64,000 nt of DNA. Source: Novosphingobium sp. (GTDB taxonomy: Bacteria > Pseudomonadota > Alphaproteobacteria > Sphingomonadales > Sphingomonadaceae). The notes below the pieces were generated by a model that was not told where the DNA came from, searched no databases, and was given only the letters and a program-made list of their open reading frames with translations. Position 1 is the first letter of the stretch. Every line of letters starts with the position of its first letter. Of the stretch, positions 9,351 to 19,153 are shown piece by piece. Both the position numbers and the translations under genes were made by a program. The DNA lies in contig JARROF010000010.1 in NCBI GenBank assembly GCA_037384205.1, positions 1,978 through 65,977 of the forward strand. Direction: 5' to 3'.

Positions 9351-9556
9351 CGCGAACCGTTCCTGCGCAGGACCAGCCAGAGCAGAATGCAGCCGACTGC
9401 CGCCAGTACGGCGCCGCGTATGGCCCATGTCCGGTCCGACAGCATGAAGCTTTCGGCTGGCCACATCAGCACGCCCGTTCCCTGGCAGACCCAGAGCAGC
9501 CCCATGGCGATGGCGAGCGCGCCGAAAATAAAGGCAATGATTCTCAGAAACAGCAT
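9347..9556 (-). CDS. Small two-helix membrane protein (69 aa), hypothetical
   Basis: I chose the internal ATG 9556 ('MLFLRIIAFIFGALAIAMGLLW...'). The protein is strongly hydrophobic. It shares a palindromic CTAG stop with the convergent kinase-like gene. Confidence 0.4.
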   Translation of the reverse strand: MLFLRIIAFIFGALAIAMGLLWVCQGTGVLMWPAESFMLSDRTWAIRGAVLAAVGCILLWLVLRRNGSR

Positions 9557-9724
9557 TGTGTTGTCGCACCCCCGCTTGTGTAGGGAAAGGATGGGGTTCG
9601 GATACGGCGAGATTGTGGCCATCGGCGGCGGAATGTCCAGTGTTTCGGGCCCGGTTGAGGAAAGGTTCGTCATGCCCGCATCCGGTGCTATGAGAACGGC
9701 GCATGAGAAGCATTTGGCCTGGCG

Positions 9725-11848
9725 TTGAAAATGGGTGACTTGCGAAGCTTTTCTCCCCTCGACGCGGAAGGGGAGGATTTTGCGCTATCGCATGACGGTC
9801 CGGGGTCGGATGATGATGCGGCGCAGGAGACAGGGCACACGCGGCGCTGGTATGCCGTGCGCATTCTGGCGGTGCTGCTTCTGGGCTTTTTCCTGCTGAT
9901 CGGGTGGCTGGCAGTCACGGCGCCGCTGTCGAAATCGCTGCAGCCGATTTCTCCGCCCCAGATTACTCTGCTGACGGCCGGTGGCACGCCCATCGCGCGC
10001 AACGGGGCGATGGTGGAAGCGCCGGTAGAGATCGCGAAGCTTCCCGAACATGTGTCGCAGGCCTTTCTGGCGGTCGAGGACCGGCGCTTTTACAGTCACT
10101 GGGGCATAGACCCGCGCGGAATGACGCGGGCGCTATGGACGAACATGACCACCGGCCGAACCGAAGGCGGCAGCACGATCACCCAGCAGCTTGCCAAATT
10201 CACGTTCCTTTCGGCAGATCGCACTCTGGGGCGCAAGGCGCGCGAGATGCTGATTGCTTTCTGGCTGGAAGCCTGGCTGACCAAGGACCAGATTCTGGAG
10301 CGCTATCTCTCCAACGCCTATTTTGGTGACAACACTTACGGTCTGCGCGCAGCGTCGCTACATTACTTTCACCGCCAGCCCGAGAAGCTGACCGTGGCCC
10401 AGAGCGCGATGCTGGCAGGGTTGATGAGGGCCCCTTCCCGCCTCGCGCCCAGCCGGCACTATGACCGGGCCGAGCAACGCATGCGGGTGGTGCTGCACGC
10501 GATGGTTGAAGCAGGATACCTCTCGCCCGAACAGGCCCGGGCCCAGCGCGCACCGCGTCTGGATGTGCGGAGCAGGGCGGACCTGCCGACCGGCACGTAC
10601 TTTGCGGACTGGGCCCTGTCGCAAGCGCGCGACCTTGATGAAAACAGCTATTCCAAACGAACGTATACGACGACGCTGGATGCCCGCCTGCAGGCCGCCG
10701 CGCGCCGCGCCATAGGCCGCGCCAGGCTGGGCAAGGCGCAAGTGGCGCTGGTGGCGATGCGTCCCAACGGTGAAGTCGTCGCCATGGTTGGCGGCAAGGC
10801 CTATGCTGCTTCGCCGTTCAACCGGGCTACGCAGGCACAACGCCAGCCGGGTTCGACGTTCAAGCTGTTCGTCTATCTCGCTGCTTTGCGCGAAGGCATG
10901 AGGGCGTCCGACACGATTGCGAATACCCCGTTCGCTACCGGAACCTATCGCCCTGAGAACGCAGGTGGGCGCTATTCGCACACGATCACGCTGGAGGAGG
11001 CTTTCGTCCATTCCAGCAATGTCGCGGCGGTGCGGCTTTTCAATAAGGTCGGTGATATCGCGGTGGTCGATATGGCGCGGTCGCTGGGGGTCGCGTCCCC
11101 CTTGCCTGCGGGCGATCCCAGTCTGGCTCTGGGAACGGCGACCATGAATCTGCTGGAGCTGACCTCGGCTTATGCCGGGGTTGCCGGAAACCGCTTTCCG
11201 GTAAAGCCCACGGCATTTCGGGCGGAAGAGGAGGGCTGGTTCGACGGGCTTCTGGGGCGCAGGCACAGTCTGCCGGAGGGCGTCCATGCGGATATGGAAA
11301 AAATGCTTCGGGCTACCGTCAATCGGGGCACGGGCCGCGCCGCGATGCTACAGGCGCCGAATTACGGCAAAACCGGAACCAGTCAGGACAACCGGGATGC
11401 GCTGTTCGTCGGATATGCCCGCGATCTGGTGGTGGGTGTGTGGGTCGGCAATGACGACAATTCTCCGCTGAAGGGGGTCTCGGGCGGCACTGTTCCGGCC
11501 CGTATCTGGCGTGATTTCATGAAGCAGGCGCTGGGGGAAACGCCGGCTCCTGTCAGGCGGACGGATCCCGGCGGCCCTGTGCAGCCGCTCGACCTGCCCG
11601 ATCTTGGCGAAATACCGTTAGGCGATGCCGCAAACCTGCGCTTTGAAGACGGGCAGGCTGTCATCAGTGGGCAGATCGACGGACGTCCTATCGACTTGCG
11701 CATCGGCAACGGCGACTTGAGGCTCGGCGGCGAGCAGATCGCCAGTGAACGCGCGGAGGCGTTACAGGCTCTGGATCAGGCAGCGGAGACGAGACGCAAA
11801 GCCGTGAAGGACGCTCTGCACGAAGGGCCTAAGAAGACTGGCTTGTGA
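9725..11848 (+). CDS. Class A penicillin-binding protein (bifunctional glycosyltransferase/transpeptidase, PBP1 family)
   Basis: GT51 motifs 'EDRRFYSHWGIDPRG' and 'GGSTITQQLAK'. Transpeptidase motifs 'STFK', 'SSN' and 'KTGT'. An N-terminal TM anchor is present. The start is TTG 9725 or ATG 9731. Confidence 0.85.
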   Translation: MKMGDLRSFSPLDAEGEDFALSHDGPGSDDDAAQETGHTRRWYAVRILAVLLLGFFLLIGWLAVTAPLSKSLQPISPPQITLLTAGGTPIARNGAMVEAPVEIAKLPEHVSQAFLAVEDRRFYSHWGIDPRGMTRALWTNMTTGRTEGGSTITQQLAKFTFLSADRTLGRKAREMLIAFWLEAWLTKDQILERYLSNAYFGDNTYGLRAASLHYFHRQPEKLTVAQSAMLAGLMRAPSRLAPSRHYDRAEQRMRVVLHAMVEAGYLSPEQARAQRAPRLDVRSRADLPTGTYFADWALSQARDLDENSYSKRTYTTTLDARLQAAARRAIGRARLGKAQVALVAMRPNGEVVAMVGGKAYAASPFNRATQAQRQPGSTFKLFVYLAALREGMRASDTIANTPFATGTYRPENAGGRYSHTITLEEAFVHSSNVAAVRLFNKVGDIAVVDMARSLGVASPLPAGDPSLALGTATMNLLELTSAYAGVAGNRFPVKPTAFRAEEEGWFDGLLGRRHSLPEGVHADMEKMLRATVNRGTGRAAMLQAPNYGKTGTSQDNRDALFVGYARDLVVGVWVGNDDNSPLKGVSGGTVPARIWRDFMKQALGETPAPVRRTDPGGPVQPLDLPDLGEIPLGDAANLRFEDGQAVISGQIDGRPIDLRIGNGDLRLGGEQIASERAEALQALDQAAETRRKAVKDALHEGPKKTGL

Positions 11849-11851
11849 GTT

Positions 11852-12370
11852 ATGGCGTTCGGGATCAACATTCGCGCCTATGGCGATGCCGCACCGTACT
11901 GGGATCTTGTTAATCGTGTCTCCGCACTGGAGTCCGTGCCGTCGATGCGCAGCCTGGGATATCCGCCGCATCTTACGCTGGCCAAATACGATGCTCTGGA
12001 TGACGCGCATCTGAGGACAGGTCTCGACGCGTTAGGGGAATTTCCGAAGCTGACGCTTACGTTCGATCGCATGGGCCGGTTCGGTCCCGGTCCCCTGATT
12101 CTTTGGGTGGCGCCGAGGCCGGACGCCGCTCTCGACGAGATGTATGCCCGTGTACATGCGGCCATCGATCCTTCCCGTTGCAGGCCTGCTTACAGGCCGG
12201 GCGCTTGGGTGCCTCATTGCTCGATTGCTCTGCAGGTAGATGAGAATAACCGCGATCTGGCACATCGGATGGCGCAAGAGCCGATTACACCCTTTTCGCT
12301 TACGTTCGATGTTGCGGACTGTGTGTCTTCACCGCCGGTTTCGATTATTGCCGAACGCCTTCTTCGATAA
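11852..12370 (+). CDS. 2H phosphoesterase / 2'-5' RNA ligase family protein
   Basis: Two H-x-T/S-x motifs ('HLTL' and 'HCSI') at the spacing typical of the 2H superfamily. It starts 4 nt after the PBP stop. Confidence 0.7.
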   Translation: MAFGINIRAYGDAAPYWDLVNRVSALESVPSMRSLGYPPHLTLAKYDALDDAHLRTGLDALGEFPKLTLTFDRMGRFGPGPLILWVAPRPDAALDEMYARVHAAIDPSRCRPAYRPGAWVPHCSIALQVDENNRDLAHRMAQEPITPFSLTFDVADCVSSPPVSIIAERLLR

Positions 12371-12460
12371 GTCGCGGACGCGGAAGGGCCGGCGGACAGT
12401 TCCACATGCTTTCGTCTATATTCTACCAGATACAAATGCGCTATATCAGATAGCGACTCC

Positions 12461-12694
12461 ATGAACGCAGCGCGGAGCGCCATGCCGATATTTGCCAATC
12501 CTGACCGTTTGATCGCTCTGCTGCGTGAGTGGCTGGCCTATACGCAATGGAGCTACATGTCCGGCGGCTATTGGGACCATGATCGTAGGGTGGCCTTGTA
12601 CATGTTCGCAGCGGCAGGACAGGGGCTGATAATGGTAGCGGCGGGTCTGCCGCGCTTGATCAACTCGATGAACGCTATGTCCGCGGCGAAATAG
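12461..12694 (+). CDS. Hypothetical small protein (77 aa)
   Basis: It is the only ORF in a 385-bp gap. Codon bias is mixed, and no motif or SD was recognised. Confidence 0.3.
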   Translation: MNAARSAMPIFANPDRLIALLREWLAYTQWSYMSGGYWDHDRRVALYMFAAAGQGLIMVAAGLPRLINSMNAMSAAK

Positions 12695-12755
12695 ACCGCG
12701 AAGAATATTTGCAGCGCAAAAGGATATCATGGAACGCTGAAACCAGGAGGTTGGT

Positions 12756-13304
12756 ATGCGGACTTTGACGATCGGTGCCGTTCTCGTATTAGCACTCGCA
12801 GCCGGAGGCGCCGCCTATGCGGGATCGTCGCACGCGCCTTCCGCAGTCGGTCATGGCTCGAATGCCGGTCTGATGCAGATGGGGATGGGGCAAATGGGCA
12901 TGGGGCCCGGCCAACGTGGTTTCGGCCCCATTCCGCGCCATCGTGCCGCCATGATGCAGGGTGTTCCCGAGCCCTACAGATCGATGACCAATCCTTTGCC
13001 GGGAACGCCGGAGACGCTCAAACGCGGGGCCAAGGTCTATACCGCGAACTGCATGGCTTGCCACGGCGCACAGGGGCAGGGCGATGGACCTGCCGCTGCC
13101 AGCCTCACGCCGCCGCCTGGCAATCTTGCCTGGCTGGCAAACCGGCCGATGGGGCAATGGGGTCCCTTCATCTACTGGTCGGTGGCGGAGGGTGGGGCCC
13201 AATTCGGCTCCGCCATGCCCGCCTACAGGGACAATCTGACGCCGGACGAGATCTGGGCGGTGACGGCTTACATTCAGGCGCATTTCCCGCCAGAACCCAA
13301 ATAG
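12756..13304 (+). CDS. Periplasmic c-type cytochrome with Met-rich N-terminal segment
   Basis: AGGAGG SD 6 nt upstream of the ATG. It has a signal peptide (…LALAAGGAAYAGS), the heme motif 'CMACH', and a distal Met in 'GSAMPAY'. A Met-rich tract 'MQMGMGQMGMGPG' is also present. Confidence 0.8.
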   Translation: MRTLTIGAVLVLALAAGGAAYAGSSHAPSAVGHGSNAGLMQMGMGQMGMGPGQRGFGPIPRHRAAMMQGVPEPYRSMTNPLPGTPETLKRGAKVYTANCMACHGAQGQGDGPAAASLTPPPGNLAWLANRPMGQWGPFIYWSVAEGGAQFGSAMPAYRDNLTPDEIWAVTAYIQAHFPPEPK

Positions 13305-13351
13305 GCACGCCGCCGCGTGGTTGGATGATCCATTCCTTCGCGATCAGACCA

Positions 13352-13386
13352 AAGAAAAGCCCCCGCTTTCGCGAGGGCTTTTCTTT
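13352..13386. terminator. Bidirectional rho-independent terminator hairpin between convergent cytochrome c and gltA
   Basis: GAAAAGCCC(13354-13362)…GGGCTTTTC(13375-13383) forms a perfect 9-bp stem. A-runs and T-runs flank it on both sides. Confidence 0.6.
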
Positions 13387-13409
13387 CATGCGATCACTCG
13401 CGGATGCGC

Positions 13410-14693
13410 TCAGCGCTTGTCGAGCGGCACGTAGTCGCGCTGCGTCGGGCCCGTGTAGAGCTGGCGCGGACGGCCGATCTTCTGGCCGGGGTCCGAGATC
13501 ATTTCGTTCCACTGCGCTACCCAGCCCACGGTGCGCGCCAGCGCGAAGAGCACAGTAAACATCGTGGTCGGGAATCCGATCGCGTTGAGGATGATGCCCG
13601 AGTAGAAGTCCACGTTCGGGAACAGCTTCTTCTCGACGAAGTAGGGATCGCTGAGCGCGATTTCCTCAAGCCGCAGCGCGGTTTCGAACAGCGGATCGTC
13701 GACCTTGAGCGCCTCGAACACTTCGCGCACAGTGGACTGCATGACAGTCGCGCGCGGATCGTAGTTCTTGTAGACGCGGTGGCCGAAGCCCATCAGGCGG
13801 AACGGATCGTTCTTGTCCTTGGCGCGCTCGATGTAGTGCGGGATCTTGTCGGGCGTGCCGATTTCCTTGAGCATGTTGAGCGCGGCTTCGTTGGCGCCGC
13901 CATGCGCCGGGCCCCACAGGCAGGCAATGCCGGCCGCGATGCAGGCGAACGGGTTTGCGCCCGACGAGCCGGCGAGGCGCACGGTCGAGGTCGAGGCGTT
14001 TTGCTCATGGTCGGCGTGGAGGATGAAGATGCGGTCCATCGCCTTTTCGACGGCGGGGATCACTTCGTATTCCTCGGCCGGAACGCCGAAGGTCATGCGC
14101 AGGAAGTTGCCGGTGTAGGACAGACTGTTGTCCGGATAGAGGAAGGGCTGGCCGACCGAATACTTGTAGGCCATGGCCGCGATCGTCGGCATCTTGGCGA
14201 TCAGGCGATGGCTGGCGATCTTGCGCTGGAGCGGATCGGCAATGTCGGTGGAATCGTGGTAGAACGCCGAAAGCGCGCCGACCACGCCGCACATGATCGC
14301 CATCGGGTGCGCGTCGCGGCGGAAGCCCTGGTAAAACGTGCGCAGCTGCTCATGCAGCATGGTGTGGCGGCTGATGGTGAACTCGAAGGTTTTCAGCTCT
14401 TCCTTGTTCGGCAGTTCACCATTGAGCAGCAGATAGCTGACTTCCATGAACGAGGAGTTTTCGGCCAGCTGGCCGATAGGATAGCCGCGGTGCAGCAGCA
14501 CGCCTTCGCCACCGTCGATATAGGTCAGGGCGCTCTCGCAGCTCGCGGTCGAGGTGAAGCCCGGGTCGAACGTGAACATGCCGGTCTGGCCGTAGAGCTT
14601 GCGGATGTCGACAACGTCCGGACCCACGCTGCCCTTCAGGACAGGATAGTCGTATTCAGCGCCGCCGGCGCCCAGTTTGACCTGATCACCCAC
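13410..14693 (-). CDS. gltA: Citrate synthase (type II)
   Basis: 427 aa with full-length resemblance to proteobacterial GltA ('[18 protein letters not shown]', '[12 protein letters not shown]', '[14 protein letters not shown]'). GTG start with AAGGAG SD. Confidence 0.95.
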   Translation of the reverse strand: MGDQVKLGAGGAEYDYPVLKGSVGPDVVDIRKLYGQTGMFTFDPGFTSTASCESALTYIDGGEGVLLHRGYPIGQLAENSSFMEVSYLLLNGELPNKEELKTFEFTISRHTMLHEQLRTFYQGFRRDAHPMAIMCGVVGALSAFYHDSTDIADPLQRKIASHRLIAKMPTIAAMAYKYSVGQPFLYPDNSLSYTGNFLRMTFGVPAEEYEVIPAVEKAMDRIFILHADHEQNASTSTVRLAGSSGANPFACIAAGIACLWGPAHGGANEAALNMLKEIGTPDKIPHYIERAKDKNDPFRLMGFGHRVYKNYDPRATVMQSTVREVFEALKVDDPLFETALRLEEIALSDPYFVEKKLFPNVDFYSGIILNAIGFPTTMFTVLFALARTVGWVAQWNEMISDPGQKIGRPRQLYTGPTQRDYVPLDKR

Positions 14694-14705
14694 CAGTTCT
14701 TCTCC

Positions 14706-16148
14706 TTATACTTGATACCCGGCCCGAATCTCCACCTGCGCGCTGATGCGCGCAAGGCTCTCGTCCCTGCCGAGCAATACCAAAACGACGAAAATCCCTG
14801 GCGATGTCGTTTGACCTGTCAGGGCTGCCCGCAAGGGTTGTGCGAGCTTACCGAGTCCCACTTCCAGTTCCCCGGCCATTGCCTTCAGGTTGCTTTCCAG
14901 GCCTTCCGCGGTCCAGTCGGACTCTGCGAACAGACGCTCGTGAATCGCGGCAAGGCGCATACGCGCTTCGCCGGTCAGGAGCCCTTGCGCCTTCTCGGTC
15001 ATTGCGAGCGGGCGCTTGGCGAACAGGAAGGCGGCACCTTCTGCAAGATCGTTGAGGTCCTTGGCGCGGACCTTGAGTACGGGCATTGCGCGGGTCAGCA
15101 ACTCGGGATCCGCGTCGACGCCAAGGCGCGGCTGGATCAGGCCGGCGAGCCGGGCATCGTCAGCTTCGCGCAGGTAATGTCCGTTGAGATTCTGAAGTTT
15201 TGCAAGATCGAAACGTGAGGCGGACTTGCCGACATGCGCGATGTCGAACCATTCCACGGCCTGCTCGCGTGCAATGATTTCCTCATCGCCATGGCCCCAG
15301 CCGAGGCGGAGCAGGTAGTTGAGCAGGGCTTCGGGAAGCACGCCCAGCTCGTCACGGTAGGCATCGACGCCGAGCGCGCCATGGCGCTTGGAGAGCTTTG
15401 CGCCGTCGGCGCCATGAATCAGCGGGACGTGGCCATATTCGGGAATATCCCAGCCCATGCTTTTGAGAATGACCAGTTGGCGGAAGGCGTTGTTGAGATG
15501 GTCGTCGCCACGGATCACATGGGTGACGCCCATGTCATTGTCGTCAACCACGACGGCGAGCATGTAAGTCGGCGTGCCGTCACTGCGCAGGATCACGAAA
15601 TCGTCGATCTCCGCATTCTGGACCGTGACCGGACCCTGTACGAGATCTTCGATCACCGTCTCGCCTTCGCGCGGGGCCTTGATCCGTACCACATAGGGTC
15701 GATCTTCGGGCCAGGTCGCAGGATCGGCATCGCGCCATTCGCTATCGATTCGGAACGGGCGGCGCTCTTCCTGCGCCTTCTGACGGCGTTCGGCGAGTTC
15801 TTCCGGCGTCAGGTAACACCGGTAGGCATGGCGTTGCCGCAGCAGTTCTGCGGCGACTTCTGCGTGGCGGTGAGAGCGGGCAAACTGAAAGACCGGCGGT
15901 TCGTCGCCATCGAGTCCGAGCCAAGATAGGCCATCGAAAATGGCGTCTATCGCTTCCACTGTGGAGCGCGCGCGGTCGGTATCCTCGATGCGCAGCAGGT
16001 ATTTACCGCCGTGGTGGCGGGCATAGAGCCAGTTGAACAGCGCGGTACGCGCGCCGCCGATGTGGAGAAAGCCGGTGGGCGAGGGGGCAAAGCGCGTTAC
16101 GACGGGCTTTTTGCCGGTCGATCCGCCCGATGCACTGCCGCTTGCCAT
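14706..16148 (-). CDS. gltX: Glutamate--tRNA ligase
   Basis: Class I aaRS motifs '[13 protein letters not shown]' (HIGH) and 'KLSKRHG' (KMSKS). 480 aa. Confidence 0.95.
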   Translation of the reverse strand: MASGSASGGSTGKKPVVTRFAPSPTGFLHIGGARTALFNWLYARHHGGKYLLRIEDTDRARSTVEAIDAIFDGLSWLGLDGDEPPVFQFARSHRHAEVAAELLRQRHAYRCYLTPEELAERRQKAQEERRPFRIDSEWRDADPATWPEDRPYVVRIKAPREGETVIEDLVQGPVTVQNAEIDDFVILRSDGTPTYMLAVVVDDNDMGVTHVIRGDDHLNNAFRQLVILKSMGWDIPEYGHVPLIHGADGAKLSKRHGALGVDAYRDELGVLPEALLNYLLRLGWGHGDEEIIAREQAVEWFDIAHVGKSASRFDLAKLQNLNGHYLREADDARLAGLIQPRLGVDADPELLTRAMPVLKVRAKDLNDLAEGAAFLFAKRPLAMTEKAQGLLTGEARMRLAAIHERLFAESDWTAEGLESNLKAMAGELEVGLGKLAQPLRAALTGQTTSPGIFVVLVLLGRDESLARISAQVEIRAGYQV

Positions 16149-16177
16149 TACTCGTACCTTCCTGTCCTATGCGGGGC

Positions 16178-18358
16178 ATGGCGAGCCATGCCGCACCATC
16201 CGAAAATCCGCGCCCGGACGGTGTCCGAGGCGCTGCACTGCAACATCGGCCATGGAACAGCAAACGCCTCTTGTCGAGGGGTTTGGGTGCATTTGAAGGA
16301 TTTCTTTCGAACGCTGGCTTTGATCGCGGTCCGTGGCTCGCCGTGGCGTTCGGCGCGGGGATCGCGGCCTGGTTCTCGCTGCCGTCTTCGCGGTGGTGGA
16401 TCGCGTGGTGCGCGGGGTGGCTTGTCCTGGCAGGGGCCGTGCTTGTCTTGCGATGGTCAAAAGAGGAATATCCCCATGTTATAATGTCATTTTCGGTAAT
16501 CCCGGTGCTTCTGGCCGCAGGGTGTCTGACAGCCTGGGGCAGGTCTGCGTTGGTGGGGCAAATGCCTATCGAGCGACCGATCTTCGGAACGTTTACAGGG
16601 CGGGTTCTCGATCGTGAGGAGCAGCCTGCCCAAGGGCGCGACAGACTGATTTTGGCGATGCGCGAACCGGGCACTGCACGTGCGATAAAAGTGCGGGTCA
16701 ATCTTCCAGGGCGCCCTGCTGCAACCGGTCCGCAGTCAGGGGATGTGATCCGCTTCAAGGCCCGACTGATGCCGCCGGCACCGCCGATGTTACCGGGGGC
16801 ATACAATTTCGCGCGAACGGCATGGTTTTCCGGCCTTTCTGCGACCGGAACCGTGCTGGGAGCGCCCGAAATCGTCACGCCGGGACGGGGGAGTGGCCAT
16901 CTGGCCAGGGTTCGGGCCTGGCTTTCGCATCATGTGCGGGATCGTCTCGCTGCTCACGACGCAGGGATCGCGGCCGCGCTCGTCACAGGGGACCGAGGCG
17001 CCATTGCCGAGGCGGACGCGCAGGCGATGCGCGATGCGGGGCTCGCGCATTTGCTGTCGATCAGCGGTCTGCATGTCAGTGCCGTGATTGGCGCGGTCTA
17101 CTTTCTGGTCCTGCGGTTGCTCGGGCTGATTCCCTGGCTGGCCTTGCGCGTGCGTCTTCCGGTCATGGCCGCCGCCGGGGGCGCTTTGGCGGGAATGGGC
17201 TATACGCTGCTGACTGGCGCGGAAGTGCCGACCGTGCGTTCCTGCATCGGTGCCCTGCTGGTGCTGGCAGCGCTGGCATTGGGGCGCGAACCGTTGTCCC
17301 TGCGCATGCTGGCGGTTGCCGCTTTCTGCGTGCTGTTGCTCTGGCCGGAGTCGATTGTCGGTCCGAGTTTCCAGATGAGCTTTGCGGCGGTTCTGGCTAT
17401 CGTATCGTTGGGGACAGCTGAGCCTGTCCGGCGTTTCCTGGCGCCGCGCGATGAAGGTGCTGCCATCCGGGTTTTGCGCTACCTGGCCATGCTGCTGCTG
17501 ACCGGGACAGTGATCGAACTGGCATTGATGCCGATCGGGCTTTACCACTTTCATCGCGCCGGGGTGTACGGAGCTCTGGCCAATGTCGTAGCGATTCCAC
17601 TGACAACGTTTGCCGTGATGCCATTGGTGGGTGCGGCGTTGGCGCTTGACATCATCGGGGGCGGCGCACCGGTGTGGTGGCTGGCGGGACGGGCGATCGA
17701 TTTGCTGATAGCCATCGCGCACGGGATCGCAGCTAGACCGGGCGCTGTTACGGTGATGCCTGCGATGGGCGGCGGGCCGTTCTTGCTTTTCGTCGCCGGT
17801 GGGCTGTGGTTGGGACTCTGGAGTGGGCGCATACGCTTGTGGGGACTGCTTCCCGCAGTTGCAGGAACACTGATTCTGGCACTGATGGCTCCGCCCGATG
17901 TATTGGTCACCGGGCACGGGCGGCATGTCGGTCTCGTCGACCCACGCGGAGAGCGGCTTTTCGTCTTGCGCAACGGCCGTAGCGACTATGTGCGAGACAA
18001 CCTGCTGGAGCTGGCCGGTATGGAAGGGGAACCGCTCCCCGTCGAAAATTGGCCGGGTAGCCGTTGCAACCGCGATTTCTGTACAGTGCCGGTCCGTCGC
18101 AACGACCACACTTGGCATCTTCTTGTCGCGCGCGGACGTGACGAAGTGCCGGAGCGTATGCTGGCGGCGGCCTGTGACAGGGCCGACATCGTAATCGCTG
18201 ATCGCTGGTTGCCCCGCAGTTGCCGTCCGAAGTGGCTCAAGGCGGATCGTTCAATGCTGCAGCGCACCGGCGGTCTGGCGATTGATTTGGCCCGAGGCAG
18301 AGTCAGTGCCGTTGCCGACGGGCAAGGTGACCACGGATGGTGGCGCCCCGGCCGATAG
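16178..18358 (+). CDS. comEC: ComEC/Rec2 family competence membrane protein
   Basis: Polytopic protein with the ComEC 'competence' domain signature 'DAGLAHLLSISGLHVS'. I chose ATG 16178 (or 16169) because the ORF-track start at 16130 would overlap the divergent gltX start. Confidence 0.85.
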   Translation: MASHAAPSENPRPDGVRGAALQHRPWNSKRLLSRGLGAFEGFLSNAGFDRGPWLAVAFGAGIAAWFSLPSSRWWIAWCAGWLVLAGAVLVLRWSKEEYPHVIMSFSVIPVLLAAGCLTAWGRSALVGQMPIERPIFGTFTGRVLDREEQPAQGRDRLILAMREPGTARAIKVRVNLPGRPAATGPQSGDVIRFKARLMPPAPPMLPGAYNFARTAWFSGLSATGTVLGAPEIVTPGRGSGHLARVRAWLSHHVRDRLAAHDAGIAAALVTGDRGAIAEADAQAMRDAGLAHLLSISGLHVSAVIGAVYFLVLRLLGLIPWLALRVRLPVMAAAGGALAGMGYTLLTGAEVPTVRSCIGALLVLAALALGREPLSLRMLAVAAFCVLLLWPESIVGPSFQMSFAAVLAIVSLGTAEPVRRFLAPRDEGAAIRVLRYLAMLLLTGTVIELALMPIGLYHFHRAGVYGALANVVAIPLTTFAVMPLVGAALALDIIGGGAPVWWLAGRAIDLLIAIAHGIAARPGAVTVMPAMGGGPFLLFVAGGLWLGLWSGRIRLWGLLPAVAGTLILALMAPPDVLVTGHGRHVGLVDPRGERLFVLRNGRSDYVRDNLLELAGMEGEPLPVENWPGSRCNRDFCTVPVRRNDHTWHLLVARGRDEVPERMLAAACDRADIVIADRWLPRSCRPKWLKADRSMLQRTGGLAIDLARGRVSAVADGQGDHGWWRPGR

Positions 18359-18385
18359 GATGGCCGGAGCGGGCCTGTCCCTGGG

Positions 18386-19069
18386 TCAGTGGTAGCGGCG
18401 TAGCAAACCGGCCAGCTTCCCCTGAACCTCGACTTCGTCGGGGCCGTAGATTTGCGGCTCGTAGGCCGCGTTGGCCGGGTCGAGCCGCACCATGCCGCTA
18501 TCACGGTGCAGATACTTGAGCGTAGCTTCCTCGCCGCGCACCAGGGCAACCACAATTTCCCCGTCCCGCGCGGTGTTGGTGCGCTTTACCAGCGCGAAAT
18601 CGCCGTCGAGAATGCCTGCATCGATCATCGAGTCGCCCGAGACTTCGAGCGCATAATGTTCGCCCGAGCCGAGCAGGGCGGCCGGAACCGGCAGCATCGA
18701 CTGGCCTTCCAGCGCTTCGATCGGAACGCCGGCGGCAATGCGCCCATGCAGGGGGATTTCGATAACGTCGTTCGCAGGCTCCTGCATTGCACGCGGTGCT
18801 GATGTCTCGTTACTGTTGGCGGGCGCGGGACGGGAAGCGGGCTTATTCGTCGCATCCTCGGGTTGACGCAGCACTTCGAGCGCGCGGGCACGGTTGGGCA
18901 GGCGGCGGATGAAGCCGCGTTCCTCCAGAGCGGAAATCAGCCGGTGCACGCCTGATTTCGACTTGAGGTCCAGCGCTTCCTTCATCTCCTCGAAGCTGGG
19001 AGAAATGCCGCTCTCCTCAAGCCGGGTCTGGATGAACCGGAGCAATTCGTGCTGCTTGCGCGTCAACAT
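18386..19069 (-). CDS. lexA: LexA repressor
   Basis: '[14 protein letters not shown]…' winged-helix N-terminus, an Ala-Gly cleavage site ('RIAAGVP'), the Ser ('GDSMIDAGI') and the Lys ('ATLKYL'). I chose ATG 19069 rather than the track start 19120. Confidence 0.95.
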   Translation of the reverse strand: MLTRKQHELLRFIQTRLEESGISPSFEEMKEALDLKSKSGVHRLISALEERGFIRRLPNRARALEVLRQPEDATNKPASRPAPANSNETSAPRAMQEPANDVIEIPLHGRIAAGVPIEALEGQSMLPVPAALLGSGEHYALEVSGDSMIDAGILDGDFALVKRTNTARDGEIVVALVRGEEATLKYLHRDSGMVRLDPANAAYEPQIYGPDEVEVQGKLAGLLRRYH

Positions 19070-19114
19070 GGTCGCTGCCTCTTGCTTGCCGTTCGCCGGA
19101 CGTGTTCCGGTTGT

Positions 19115-19129
19115 GAACATTGAGAGAAC
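19115..19129 (-). promoter_or_regulatory. Alphaproteobacterial SOS box (GTTC-N7-GTTC direct repeat) upstream of lexA
   Basis: The plus strand reads GAAC-ATTGAGA-GAAC, which is GTTC-N7-GTTC on the lexA strand. It lies 46-60 nt upstream of the lexA ATG. Confidence 0.75.
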
Positions 19130-19153
19130 AATTAAGCAACGAAATTTGTAACG

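Noticed and set aside
13404-15218. 604-aa plus-strand ORF spanning gltA and gltX
   Set aside because: It is antisense to two unmistakable housekeeping genes. The sequence is Arg/Ala/Gly/Val-rich with no recognisable domain.
16790-18118. 442-aa minus-strand ORF inside comEC
   Set aside because: It is a Q/R/H/P-rich shadow ORF, and the sense strand encodes a coherent polytopic ComEC protein.
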